Source: Eledone cirrhosa (lineage: Eukaryota). From it: 64,000 nt of DNA. The stretch spans positions 25,792,001 through 25,856,000 of the forward strand of contig OZ024742.1 of NCBI GenBank assembly GCA_964016885.1, written 5' to 3'. Below are positions 1 through 12,842 of the stretch, one piece after another. The number at the start of each line of letters is the position of its first letter. The first letter of the stretch is position 1. The translations under genes and the position numbers were made by a program. The notes below the pieces were generated by a model. The model was given only the letters and a program-made list of their open reading frames with translations, was not told the DNA's origin and did not search any database.

Positions 1-884
1 TATTTTTTTAATTTCTTTAAAAACTCATACTTTCTTTTGTTTTTCTTGTCAATTTTGTTTCCGTTTTCTTTTTTCCTTTCGTTTCGTTTCGTTTTATTTT
101 ACATTCCTTCGTTTACTAGAATTTTTTTTTTTTTTTTACAAGACTGATTGATTAAACGAGATGTTGATTTAAACTTCAAAATTGCCTCAAGATATCCAAG
201 TTTCACATCAGCTCAATAACTGGGATTCAAAGATATGCAAAGAAAACAGCAATGAAATGTGAAATGTTATATCTGATCAGAACTGGCTACACTAAAAATC
301 TAAGATATTTATTGAAAAGATAATTTGGCTACTCCACCCCTTGACACCGCTGGGTAGCTGTGCCACGACATTTCTTTCTTACATCCGGTTTCATGGCGTG
401 AAGCGGATGAGAGAGAAATATTTACAATCCATATGATACATTTCACAGCCGCTGGTAATAAATATCCTACAGATAATCTGCTACTAAATAGTTCATCTGT
501 AATTTAGGTAAACCAAACGTAATACAACATAGAGCGTTCTGTCGTAATTCTGCTACAGGTTTCAGTAATTAGTGAGTTGCCATGCTGGGATTTCACTTTA
601 AGGAAATCTAGATCAAACCTCACTGATTGGACCTCAGCAACGAACTTCGATAATTAGTCCCAGAACGGCCCCCTTTGAGTTGATGCACATCGGGTTGCCG
701 GGCATATTGCAAAGGTAATGCCTCTAAAATGAGCACTAATATAAAGGTTGGAGCTGATGAGGAATGTAGTCTACTAATAAATTGTAATCAAAATCACACC
801 TATAAACAGATGTGCTTATTGATTAAGTGTCGTTAATAAAATCATGACGCCAAAAACGAATTATTAACATAAACAAATTCAATT

Positions 885-1069
885 AATAATTGTTTCTACT
901 TTTGGCACAAGGCCAACAATTACCCAGCACATTACTGGCACTTTATTTTATTGACCTCGTAAGGATGAAAGGCAAAGTTAACCTCGACGGGATTTGAACA
1001 CAGACCGTAAAGGGACGTAACTATGCTGGAAAGCATGGCGTCCGACCTTCTACCGATGCTGCCAATTCA
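885..1069 (-). mobile_element. tRNA-derived SINE (octopus OK-like), near full length
   Basis: Matches the family consensus repeated across the window (TTTCTACTTTTGGCACAAGGCC...GGATGAAAGGCAAAGTTAACCTCG.CGGGATTTGAAC). The minus strand carries a Pol III B box (GTTCAAATCC) and an (ATT)n-like tail. Confidence 0.85.
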
Positions 1070-1111
1070 TTTCAACTAATAATAGTGTTTAGCATGAAGT
1101 AATGGGTCAAG

Positions 1112-1230
1112 ATTGTGAAGACGCATGGCATAGAGGTGAGAGAATAAGATTCTCAATCGTGAGTTTGATTCCCAGAGCAGGTGATACGTTGTGTCTTTGA
1201 GAAAAATACTTTAATTCACGCTGCTTTTTC
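1112..1230 (+). mobile_element. Degenerate second tRNA-SINE family (head and central domain)
   Basis: A/B-box-like head followed by TGTGTCTTTGAGAAAAATACTTTAATTCACG; similar to copies at about 20638, 39884 and 40793. Confidence 0.55.
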
Positions 1231-1859
1231 TGCCAGGACTTGCTACAGGTAGGTAGTATCAGCAATGGATCTTGTCAATAGTTTTGTTATGAAAAAAATG
1301 GAATAAACCTTTGTCTGCTTTTTGGTGGTAGGAGAACATCTTTTACATACTTCGTTCGTATTAGTCTTATACGTTTGTAAAAAGGTGAACAGAAATTACA
1401 AACCAAACGACACATTATATTGAAAATATAAATTAGTTTAACGCTTGAAATAACAGGAAGAGAGTCTTAACATCTCGGACACTATTCCTTCTTCAGAAGA
1501 TAGAGTTAGACATAAAATATTAACAGATAGGTGCCCCAGCATGGCCTCAGCTGGATGGCTGGAACAGGTAAAAGAGTAAAACAGTAAAGATAAAATAGAA
1601 GGAACGGGAAAAAATTGAGAAAAAATTGTTTAAAAAAGTATATATTCAGTCAGCGAAGGCATTTCTATATCGCTACAAGGCTTTCTCGTTCGTATAATAC
1701 AGTGATTTTAATAGATTTTACAAGGATGTCAAAGAAACTGTTATTCTCATATTGTTTTCATATTTGTCTATGTTTTATCATCGTTAACTTTCACACCGAG
1801 AACATCAAAACCTGTATGAATCACTATGGTATCAACCATCACCTACATATATATATATA

Positions 1860-2358
1860 CAATACATAAACAGAGAAAGCCTTAAGCTATACTCTGACTG
1901 GCTACCATCTCACTCAACAAACATTAGGATATACCTTAGTATAATCCCAATTTTATGTTTGGGGTGCTAAGTATATGTATTTTATGGAAAGCCAGTTGTA
2001 TTATTTTATATGAGATATAATTAAAATTAAAATATATATCTCTCTTTCCAAACAATTCTTTCATTATAAGTTTTCTACAAGTTGGGAGAATGTGACCGGG
2101 TTATGTAGAAGCCACCATATTTTTCTGTAAGAACACATGCAGGTGGGCACTTATAAATCATCAGTGGATGCCCGTCAAACATTGATATAAGAAAAAATCT
2201 CTTACCGATGCCATTTTTTGTGTCAGCTAATTGTCCCCCCACGCATCATAATGACCGCCAAATTTGAAATTCCAGCAGTCTCAGAATGAGGAATTTCACA
2301 GCGTCACGAAGCGGAAAAGGGAGGCAATCGCGAAACACAAGAAAGTAAAATAATTTAC
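1860..2358 (-). repeat. ~500-bp HHR-bearing repeat, copy 1 (PLE pLTR or retrozyme-like)
   Basis: Near-identical to 2603-3100 (period 743 bp) and similar to 11423-11753. The minus strand has a CTGATGA...GAAA core at about 2108-2171. Confidence 0.8.
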
Positions 2359-2602
2359 ACGTGGGTCAATTAATTTTTTCAACAATGTTAACCCTGTGTG
2401 TTAAGAACTCAATTAGATTTAAAAAAAATAAATGTATGCATGTATTTATTATACACGCATATAGATATTTTCTTAGGCAAAAAAAACAGAGATATGATAC
2501 CAAAATAACAATCAATATTTCATAACAATAATAAATACGGAAATTTACGCTTAAAAGGTATCTGGAAATATTTATCTCTGGCCAAATCAAGAGTAAAATA
2601 TT

Positions 2603-3100
2603 CAATACATAAACAGAGAAAGCCTTAAGCTATACTCTGACTGGCTACCATCTCACTCAACAAACATTAGTATATACCTTAGTATAATCCCAATTTTATG
2701 TTTGGGGTGCTAACTATATGTATTTTGTGGAAAGCCAGTTGTATTATTTTATATGAGATATAATTAAAATTAAAATATATATCTCGCTTTCCAAACAATT
2801 GTTTCATTATAAGTTTTCTACAAGTTGGGAGAATGTGACCGAGTTATGTAGAAGCCAGCATATTTTTCTGTAAGAACACATGCAGGTGGGCACTTATAAA
2901 TCATCAGTGGATGCCCGTCAAACATTGATATAAGAAAAAATCTCTTACCGATGTCATTTTTCGTGTCAGCTAATTGTCCCTCCACGCATCATAATGACCG
3001 CCAAATTTGAAATTCCAGCACTCTCAGAATGAGGAATTTCACAGCGTCACGAAGCGGAAAAGGGAGGCAATCGCGAAACACAAGAAAGTAAAGTAATTTA
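2603..3100 (-). repeat. ~500-bp HHR-bearing repeat, copy 2
   Basis: Direct duplicate of 1860-2358, ending at (TA)n 3108-3166. TCATCAG (minus-strand CTGATGA) at 2901-2907. Confidence 0.8.
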
Positions 3101-3104
3101 TATT

Positions 3105-3171
<67 letters not shown>

Positions 3172-3349
3172 ATACTTGGGGAGGGTCATATTGTTGTAAT
3201 AATATTGCCAGAATTAATGACGGAACACACTCGCTGTTTGGTTGGTTTTTCGGTTCTGTATTTTTTATATCAGTTAATTTATTCGGTCCTTTGACTGACC
3301 AACGGTCAAAAATACTGATATAATATAGACACAAATACATATATATAGT

Positions 3350-3396
3350 CTAACAAAGTTCTTTCGTTGCACATCTGCAACATCGTCAGTGGCGTT
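3350..3396 (-). ncRNA. Minimal hammerhead-like motif in PLE 3' region
   Basis: Minus strand CCA-CTGACGA-tGTTGCA gatg TGCAAC-GAAA-GAACTTT. Core and stem II are intact; stems I and III are weak. A related motif lies at 46313-46356. Confidence 0.55.
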
Positions 3397-3624
3397 ATAT
3401 TGTATGTCTACGCCATCTTTATTTAAACTGTTTATTTATTTATTTATTTATTTTTGTCTTCTCTGCGCATGCCTTTTTGTGTGTGTATAGTTATTGATGT
3501 GTGTTCGTGTTTGTGTGACTGTGTTTTGGTTATTGTATTCTATCTTAGTTTACTAGTGTGTGTTTATATGTGTTTGTTGTTATTGTGCTTGTGTATGCAT
3601 TTATTTATTTATTTATTTATTTAT

Positions 3625-5990
3625 TTATATTTCTCTTAGGTCAGTATTGTTTGGTTGGGTGTTGTTGTTATTCCATTCATTTTTTTTGTTTAGCTTTGGC
3701 CTTCTAGGTTCTATTTCACTGGCCTCTCTGATTTGGCTATCTGCTGGGTCATTTCTATGTTTAGATATTATTTTAATTTCTATGTTGTCTATGTTACCGT
3801 CGTGTTGTTGTCTGGCGTATTCGTATAGTACTGAGCCCTTTTTTCTCCCTTTTAGTTCCCCCCAGGGTTGGTCTATCATTTCGCCTATGCTACGAGCTGT
3901 CTCACCTATGTATGTTGTTGTCATGTTTCTGCAAGTAGCCTCTGCACATCTTATGCTATAGACTACGTTTCTAGTTTTACAGTTTATCCGGAGGTTTACT
4001 TTACATATAATATATTTCCTATTAGTGCAGTGGGTTTTCTTAAAAAGGTATGTTTTGCTGATCAGGGATTTTATGGTGGTTCCTGGCTTTTCTACCACCT
4101 TAATCTTTAAGTGGGTCTTTCTCAGGGCATTTCTACACTGGTTAGCTAATTTCCCTCCAGGGGTAGGATCCTCGAATATCGCACTCTGGTATCTCTGGTT
4201 GTCGTACCATGAGGTGGCTTTCCCTATCTTATGTTTAGTCCTATCTAAACTATTCCATGATTTGCTGCTGTATAATGGGCAAATTTCTTTCATGTCCAGT
4301 TCTATGAGGGTTTATACTTCTCCGTGGCTCCTTGGTATACTCTGATTCTGTCTCTTTGGTTGTAGCCAGAGAACAGCATGCGGTTGATGAAGTGTTGGAT
4401 GTGTCTTTCCATTTCTGTTGAGTAGCACATGCGGGAGACGTTCTTCATCACTCGTACCAAGTCTGCGATCAGAATATTAAACTTAGCACTACTGGACATT
4501 GCTGAGTTTTTGAGTATCAGGTATTTGGAGGCCTTGGGTTTAGCGTAGTGTGAGTGGAGAATTTGGGCTCTCTCATTTATAGTGTTAATCCAGTGTCCCG
4601 TGTCTAATACAGGTAATCTATTGTTAGCGTGTTTGGAAGGGTAGTCGATAGTTACAGTTATACTCTGGTGTATGGAATTAGCTATCCGCTGGATGCTTTC
4701 CATTGTGCTACATACTAAATCATACCTGATGTCGTCTACGTAACGAGAGTACATGATTAGGTCTATGGAGCTCTCATCAAGGAGATCTTTGAGTCTCATT
4801 TCCCACCATACCATAAAATGGTTGGTAACGTCACCAGCTATGGTGACCCACATGGCTGCTCCCTCATTTTGGGTGTAGATCTTCTCGTTGAATTTGAATA
4901 TGTGGCCCTTTAGGGTAGTTTTAATACTAGCACCTATTGCATGTGCGACGATTTTTCTTACCTGATTATTGTTTTGGGAGGTCCGTATAGCTTTGGTCCA
5001 CCCAATCCACCTTCCCATGGGAGTCTTTTTTGCCATTGAGGTTATGGTGGGGTGTCTACCTGTTATGGGTCTACTGGAGCAGAAATGGCTAAGGTCATAG
5101 CTGACTAGGTAGTCAGTGTCATAAGTAAGTCTAAGTAGGAGGCCCAGTTCGTCTGTCTCGACGTCGCAGAACTCCACCTCACTCTCACTGATCATCTCTA
5201 CACTTTTTCCACAGCAAAATCAATGTTAATGGATGGGTATAATGATTTCACGACCATACTGCCTATTATGCAGTTGGATAGGTTTTTGTTGTTATTGGAC
5301 TCACTGATTCTGCTGAGGAGGTCATCTGTACTGTCACATACATCTGGTGACATCTTTATTATAGGGCGTATAACCATTGAGAGGAAGTAGGAGATCCTGT
5401 AGTTGCTAGCGGTATTGGCTCCGCATAGAGGTCTTGTTAGTGGTCCTGTTGTCGGGTCGTCGACTGTCTTATGGTCTTGGCGGAGCCCATGCAACGGTGG
5501 TATGTCATTGTTAGACGCCTGGAAGTTGTTGGTAGTGCGTCTGCTTGACTTTAGGATGTCGGTCCGCATCATCATGTGAGCGTTGATGATTTATTCTCTC
5601 CCTTCATGTATTTGCTGTGTTATTTCGGTCATGTTGGTGATGTGGGGTTGCATAGCCTTGATGTAGTTCGGCATGCTGTCTATTGACATCCTACCAGACT
5701 TATCCGTGGGTAGACATACTACCTCACCATCCCTTGTGCGCTGCTTGAGGCTAACTAAGCTTCCAAAGTTGTTGGACCTCTGGTCTGCTTTGTCTCTTAG
5801 TATATCGGTCTACTATTTGTCTAATCTTATTTCTAGCTATGGTGAACTGTGCCTCGGTCTCATCATCTATTTGTTGTGGTATACAAACCCTTTTATTAAA
5901 GGGTAACCTCGTAGGATAAATATTACCAATATTATATGTTTTGTCAGCTGGATTGAAGAATAGTTTCTCTAAGGGGTTGTTATTATATCT
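3625..5990 (-). pseudogene. Decayed Penelope-like retroelement RT plus GIY-YIG endonuclease (Neptune/Nematis-like), 5'-truncated
   Basis: ORF pieces 5198-5575 (LHGLRQDHK...TRPLCG...SLYPSI), 4302-5195 (YTQNEGAAM, YSRYVDD, LPVLD) and 3625-4293 (Cys-rich linker, NVVYSIRC...YIGETARS GIY-YIG), with stops and frameshifts. Confidence 0.9.
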
Positions 5991-6325
5991 ATCGTCATAG
6001 TTGTGTGTGTTGCTATTATTGTTATTATGGTTGTTGTTGTTGTTCCTACAAATTAACATTAATATTATTGTAATGAATGTTAGATGTATTGTTGTGGTTT
6101 TCTCTATTGCTATTGTTGTTGTTATTGTTATTTCTACCATTGTAGTTGTTACTTCTATTATGTTTCTTGTTTTTGTTGTTGTTTTTGTTGTTGTTGTTGT
6201 GTCTATCTTTGCTACTAGTATTATTTCTATTATTACTACTGTGGTTCTTGTGTTACTCGTATTATTTCCATTATTACTATTATGGTTGTTGTTGTTGTTC
6301 TGTCTATCGTTAATATTACTACCAT

Positions 6326-6432
6326 TTAACCTTGCCTTTCATCCTTACGGGATCGATAAAATAAAGTACCAGTAATGTACTGGGATAATTGCTAGCCTTG
6401 TGCCAAAAAGTAGAAGCAATTATTATTATTAT
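6326..6432 (+). mobile_element. OK-like SINE, 3' half
   Basis: CCTTTCATCCTTACGGGATCGATAAAATAAAGTACCAG...CCTTGTGCCAAAAAGTAGAAGC followed by (ATT)n. Confidence 0.8.
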
Positions 6433-6920
6433 TATTTGTCACTCTCTTGTTATTGTTATGACTATTACTATTATAGCTTTTATTTCTATACTGAGAGTTA
6501 TTGTTTATATTACTACTATCGTTATTATAGTTGTTGTTGTCCGTATAGTTGTTGTTGTTTATTTTCGCATTCCAACGTATTTTTGTGAAACACTTTTCTA
6601 GCTCCGTTTTACACTCGATTGGATTTAACTTTTTGTAGAAGGCAAATTTCGGTGGGGCCTGTAGAGCTCGTTATTCCTGTTCCCAGATTAAAGTGTTCCC
6701 ATAGCCATAGATATATATGAATGTATGTATGTATGTATGCATATATATGTATTCATGTATGAGTTGGTGTGAGTATTTCTTTTCTTTATCGTAATTTAAA
6801 TATACAATACATTTTCAGTTATAATAATTAGTTATAATATGCAGCATTCTTTATAACCATACACGAACCTACGCACACTCAGACGCCTGTTTGTATATAT
6901 ACATACGTAGATAGAGGCAG

Positions 6921-6921
<1 letters not shown>

Positions 6922-7017
<96 letters not shown>

Positions 7018-7040
7018 TATATATATATATATATAATATG

Positions 7041-7071
<31 letters not shown>

Positions 7072-7087
7072 TATATATATATATATA

Positions 7088-7133
<46 letters not shown>

Positions 7134-7151
7134 TATATATATATATATATA

Positions 7152-7228
<77 letters not shown>

Positions 7229-7247
7229 TATATATATATATATATAC

Positions 7248-7278
<31 letters not shown>

Positions 7279-7314
7279 TACATATATATATGTATGTATA
7301 TATACATACATATA

Positions 7315-7398
<84 letters not shown>

Positions 7399-7786
7399 CA
7401 TGTATACAGAGTCGTACATAATAATTTCCCTCATAGTGATTCATTGAATTTTTTGCAGTCATAAAGCATTCGATTAATCTACTGCGGTATTATGTGAAAT
7501 GAATTTTAATCAACGAGGCCACTGTTGATGGTTATGCTACTATTGAGAACACTAATAAAGTGACAATGTTTCAGAAGTTGATAGCTGTCCATATAACAGC
7601 TTTATTGTTTCGAATATATTTTAACGTGACAATTGCTTAACGTTTTCATTAACGTCGTTTTATATCTATCTGGGCATAAGTATAATTGTGTATGATGTAT
7701 GTATATCAGTATCTCTATCTGTGTCTGAATATATACATATATATATATAACTTATATATATATATAAATTACACATACACACATAC

Positions 7787-7870
<84 letters not shown>

Positions 7871-7944
7871 CTGTGTACACGTATACACACACACACGCAC
7901 ACATTTGCACATGCATATAATTTTATATATATATATACACACAT

Positions 7945-8006
<62 letters not shown>

Positions 8007-8033
8007 GTATATATATATATATATATACATATA

Positions 8034-8118
<85 letters not shown>
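6922..8118. repeat. Compound (TA)n/(TG)n/(CA)n microsatellite blocks
   Basis: Direct inspection; source of the YIYI-type spurious ORFs. Confidence 0.95.
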
Positions 8119-8120
<2 letters not shown>

Positions 8121-8544
8121 TGAGAAAGAGCGGGATTGATATACGAATATTTAAGTCAAAATGCATATTTATGTCTTAGTGTGTGTATATATGTACATGG
8201 GTATGGCGTTTAAGAATGTTAAAACCCAACACAAGCTTGGATAATGGATTCACTGAATATGCACCTGTATTACTGGAGGCGAAGATGAATGTATATATGC
8301 GTGTATTTATGTATACATGTGTGCATGTGTGTGTATCTGTATGTATGTGTGTGTGTATGTATGTATGACTGTATGTATATATGTGCGTTTGCATGTATGT
8401 ATGTTTAAATGTATGTTTCTCTGTATGTTTCTATGTATGTATGTGTGTATGTATGTTTCTATGTATGTATGTATGTTTCTATGTATGTGTGTATGTATGT
8501 ATGTATGTGCTTCGGTTTTTATTATTCTATATATTTTCAGAGCA

Positions 8545-8762
8545 GTAGATTGGCAATATCGATAAAGCATCCGGCAACATGCTTTGTGGCATATTGTTCC
8601 AGCCCTTTACGTTCTGAGTTGGAATCCCACCGTGATTAGCTTTGTTTTTCATCCTTAAATTGTAGATAAAACAAAATACCAGTAATGCACTAGGACAGAT
8701 TTATTTAACGTTTCTCCTTCCTTCAAATTACTGGCCTTGTGCCAATTGTAGAAATTATTACT
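8545..8762 (+). mobile_element. Degenerate OK-like SINE
   Basis: GTAGATTGGCAATATCG...TCTGAGTTGGAATCCCACCG...GGCCTTGTGCCAATTGTAGAAATTATT. Confidence 0.7.
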
Positions 8763-8802
8763 ATTTCATACATTTTTACCAATATATATATATATATATA
8801 TA

Positions 8803-11310
8803 TTTATTTATTAAAATAACAGATTAAAGTTTAAGTAAAAGTCGCTGCTTTCACCCTTAACGGGATCTTCTGAAACTAACAAAGTCAATCTGTAAACGCA
8901 GAACTGGATATTTCAAAAAACAGTGCAACCGGAGGAAGACAGGAAGACGATACTTTGGTTCGTGGTAACGTTCCCTGACAAAGAACCGGAAAAAACGAAT
9001 ATAATACGTCATTAATAGGAGCGGTGAAAAACAATTACGCGCAAAGACAGAACCACGTCTATGGTATAAATGAGGTCGTAGACTAATGTTCTCTTAGGTG
9101 GTTCATAGAGACGTTCTCTGGCAATTAACGAAAAAAACGAAGGTAATACGTCATATGTGGGCCGGGGAGAACAATTGCACGCAAAGACAAAACCACGTAA
9201 ATGGTACAGCAGAAGTCGTAGACTAAAATTCTAACTAGGAGACCGAATGAATCTCCGCATCAGAGTTAAGCACAAAGTAAATAAATACAATACAGAAGTA
9301 ATAAATATTAAATAAATACATACACGCATACAAATACGTACATACACAAGCATACACGAAAACACTTACCATAGGCATACAAAACCACGCACATATAAAT
9401 ATGTGTGTGTGTATGCGTGTATACAAATAAATAAATAATTAAATAAACGTATATAAATAAATAAATAAATACGTATATAACAAGCGCACACACATACCTA
9501 GATGTAAATACACAAATGTTCGGAGACGTAAGTCAACCAAAACATGAAGTACACATATACACACAACCTACATACGTACGAACCTGCATACTCACACAGA
9601 CGCAAAACTCACATAACCAAACCATATGTACCAGAATATATTAAATTATACGCCATAAGATATACAATCAAATATACGTACGAGAAGGTATACGTACCTT
9701 CACAAAACATACAGGTAATATATACTTACCTATGCAAATAAGTAATGGTATAAACAAAACATATACTTAGCTATCACATCAAGACGTAAAATATCCACGT
9801 ATAGATCGTTCTATCCGTTAGGGTATAACGTGGGGCTGTAATACAGGAAAGTTTTGTGCAATTTATGTTTACAAGCCGAAATTGCCTCAGATTTTTTGAT
9901 TAAGATGTGGTCTGTGGCGTAGAGTATTTCCAGGGTCCCAGCGGCGCAGAGGTCACATGGTCTTTTATTTCCGTTATACGATCTAGCCCTAGCTAGGATC
10001 TCCCAGTGTAACTTATATTGAGTGTGGTTGACTCTTAGACTCAAGAATAAGCTGAAAGTGATCATATTCCTTCATAGAGGGTAAACGAAAAGAATGGGTA
10101 TGCATGTAAAGACGCTGCTTGAATCTATTGGCGGTTAACCCTATGTAGGCCCTACGGGACGTGGGTGTTTCAACCTTACATTTGTAGACAATGTTACTAG
10201 AGAGGTATTTCCCGGATAGGGGGCAATCAACCCGATTCCTACAATTACAGTTAGTACTAAGTTCAGGGTTGCACGTGGTCCTACGGCTAGGTAGTTTAGC
10301 TAAATTTGAAGCTGTGATGTTATGTGCAAGGTTAGGAGTCGTAGAGTAAGACATTTTAATAGTATTTCTATTAAAAATTTTACTATATTTATGTGTAGGG
10401 GAAAATGCTTCGTAATAAGGGAAAGAAAGATCTTAGCTAATGGTGTGGCCACCTCCATATTATATGGTGGGTTATACCAACAAATGCGACGGGATCTATT
10501 TCTTCTAGGTCTATTTTAGTACTCTGTATATGCTACCTTATCGACAAATCCACTCCGAGCAAGAGCTTCATTGTAATAAGTGCAATGGTCGTTGAAAATA
10601 TGCTCGTTAGTAGATAGACGGGAAAGCATCAACGAAACGTTTCTTACCAGGTTCTTGGTTATGCTGGCAGGATGGTTGGAATGCTTACTTATGTAATTAA
10701 GCGTATCATTCGGCTTTCTATACGGGTAATACAACCCATTCAATAAATTGAGGGTAACGTCGAGGTAATTAACGACCGAGAGATTGGCCTCAACCTGTAT
10801 AGAGAGGTTGAAGCCTTTAAAGAAGGCTGTGAGTTCTTTTCTGAACCTGTCGCAAGCACCAGGTCCGCACTTAGTCATGGTCAAAATACCATCATCACGG
10901 TACAAACCACCACCCGCGTTGGGGAATTCGTCCTTGATAGAGAAAAGAAGTAAAAGGCCGATAAGATCAGTAACCTTCGCAGAATCGCTGGCTCCCATAC
11001 TCACGTCAAATGGGGTACTATTGGATCTTTTAATCCAAATAGAGTCGTCGAAATTAATCACCGATTTACGGGCATTGAGGATGACATCAACTTCGAAATC
11101 ATTAACCACTGTGAGTGTTTTAGCGAAATTGATAGCTCTAAGGAGAAGTGGTAAAGTGATGGAGGAGTAGTAATTATTGATGTCGAATTGGATAAAACTG
11201 CAGTGTTCCTTGTTACATATGCCGTTGAACCAATTAATCACCGCGAAAGAATTTTTCCACAATGCAAGAGGGGCCAAACTTCTAATTTCAGGTATAATTC
11301 TATCAAGACG
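8803..11310 (-). mobile_element. 5'-truncated Naiad-like Penelope element with ~1-kb 3' UTR, flanked by (TA)n
   Basis: ORF pieces 10516-11277 (WKNS..VINWF, FIQFDINNYYSSI, FDVSMGASD, GLYRDDG), 10013-10354 (CNCRNRVDCPL linker, NIVYKC..AYIGLT..FKQR) and 9811-10065 (CDLC..E, ACKH). Confidence 0.9.
8828..8877 (-). ncRNA. Type I hammerhead-like motif with CAGAAGA core variant at Naiad 3' end
   Basis: Minus strand AGTTT-CAGAAGA-tCCC gttaa GGGt-GAAAGCA...ACTT-AAACT; stem I is AGTTT/AAACT. Confidence 0.55.
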
Positions 11311-11378
11311 GCTAATTGTGGACGTCGAGAATTAGCCGTCGAAACGGCTTGAGCTCTGCCGTTGGGGTCCTACTCGTT

Positions 11379-11382
<4 letters not shown>
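11307..11382 (+). mobile_element. PLE-end fragment carrying a hammerhead 3' half (family B)
   Basis: GACGGCTAATT..AATTAGCCGTC-GAAACGGC ttgagctct GCCGT(T)-GGGGTC; same family as 31033, 44286 and 51324. Confidence 0.65.
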
Positions 11383-11422
<40 letters not shown>

Positions 11423-11428
<6 letters not shown>

Positions 11429-11753
11429 AAATTAACAGAGAAAGCCTTAAGCTTTACTCTGACTGGCTACCATCTCACTCAACAAACATTAGGGTATACC
11501 TTAGTATAATCCCAATTTATATGTTTGGGGTGCTAACTATATGTATTTTGTTGAAAGCCAGTTGTATTATTTTATATGAGATATAATTAAAATTAAAATA
11601 TATATCTCTCTTTCCAAACAATTGTTTCATTATAAGTTTTTTACAAGTTGGGAGAATGTATCCGGCTTATGTAAAAACCAACATATTTTTCTGTTAGAAC
11701 ATATGCAGGTGGGAACTTATAAATCATCAGTGGATGCCCGTCAAACATTGATA
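11423..11753 (-). repeat. Third, partial and diverged copy of the 1860/2603 repeat
   Basis: Aligns by eye with 1860-2190; TCATCAG at 11724-11730; flanked by (TA)n. Confidence 0.8.
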
Positions 11754-11796
11754 TATATATAATATAAAATGAAAAGATGGTTAAAAGAGTTCCAAG

Positions 11797-11867
11797 TATT
11801 GTATTATGCGCATTTCAAAAACAAATATCATCATGGGATGATATCTGCGTTCTCATCAGATAAAATA
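11797..11867 (-). ncRNA. Canonical type I hammerhead ribozyme
   Basis: Minus strand TATTTTAT-CTGATGA-GAACGCAGATATCATC ccat GATGATATTTGTTTTT-GAA-ATGCGCAT-A-ATACAATA. Stem II is about 15 bp, stem III is palindromic (ATGCGCAT), the cleavage triplet is AUA and stem I pairs 7 of 8. Confidence 0.85.
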
Positions 11868-12645
11868 GGGATACATGACATGAAGCTTAAAAAATACTTG
11901 TGAATAGTGAAATTTTAAATCAACATATGAAAAATAAATTAAGATTGATGTATGAGATTCGGAAAAAGTGAGTGGGGGTGGTGGAAAAGGTAAGGAAGAG
12001 GAAGACATGAGAGTAAAGAATGGTGGGGGAGGAGTATAAGAATGAAGGATAAGAGGGGAGGAGAGATGAGTTATATATAGAGAGAGATAGCCTTTACAAC
12101 TGTAAAACATATATATATTGTCTCACAGAGAGAAATTAAAAAGCCGTTGGAAGATAATAGATAATTTAAAAGAATTTGAAATTAAAAGTTAATGAGGTTT
12201 ATGCATGAAGAGAAAAAGGAATTATGAATAATATTCAATTAAGGTTTGTATATTGAAGGGTTTAATAATACGTGCGAGGAAAAAAATTATTAATATGTAT
12301 TGTTAAAATAAAAATATTAATGTTATTAAGGATATAATGTGAAAAGAAGGAGAAGAATGAATTAGTTATGAATCTAGAGGAATTAGTTAGGGTTTAAGTT
12401 TGTTTTTATGTATTGAAATATGTAAAAGTCAAACGAGCATGAAAGGATGGATAAGATAAGAGAAATTTAAGGAAGAAAAATCTAACGTCAAAAAATTATA
12501 TGTTTACGAAGGACTTCTAATGGTAATATTATAATGTATTTTTAAAAAAATATGATATGAGTGGTGAATAATAATAATGTGGTGAATAATAATAATAATT
12601 GGGAAGAAGTTCGGAAGAAAAGGTATATATATATATATATATATA

Positions 12646-12738
12646 TAGAAAACCTTTTCTATATTAAAACATTTATACTCTGCTATGTACTCAATACATA
12701 GCAGAGTATAAATGTTTTAATATAGAAAAGCTTTTCTA
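12646..12738. repeat. Fold-back palindrome (44-bp arms, 5-nt loop) in (TA)n
   Basis: AGAAAACCTTTTCTATATTAAAACATTTATACTCTGCTATGTA ctcaa followed by its reverse complement with one mismatch. Confidence 0.9.
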
Positions 12739-12842
12739 TATATATATATATGTATATATAAGAAAGAAAGTGTTGGTAACATCCAGTACTTCAGTATGCG
12801 GATATGGAGCACTCAACGAAGATATAAGTTCCGGAGTTATAA

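Noticed and set aside
1466-1500. Minus-strand CTGAAGA-aGGA..TCC-GAGATGTT-AAGA HHR-like motif
   Set aside because: The core GAAA is mutated and the stems are short; a plausible relic but not distinguishable from chance.
6984-8639. Many YIYI, CVCV and THTH ORFs here and throughout the window
   Set aside because: Translations of (TA)n, (TG)n and (CA)n microsatellites.
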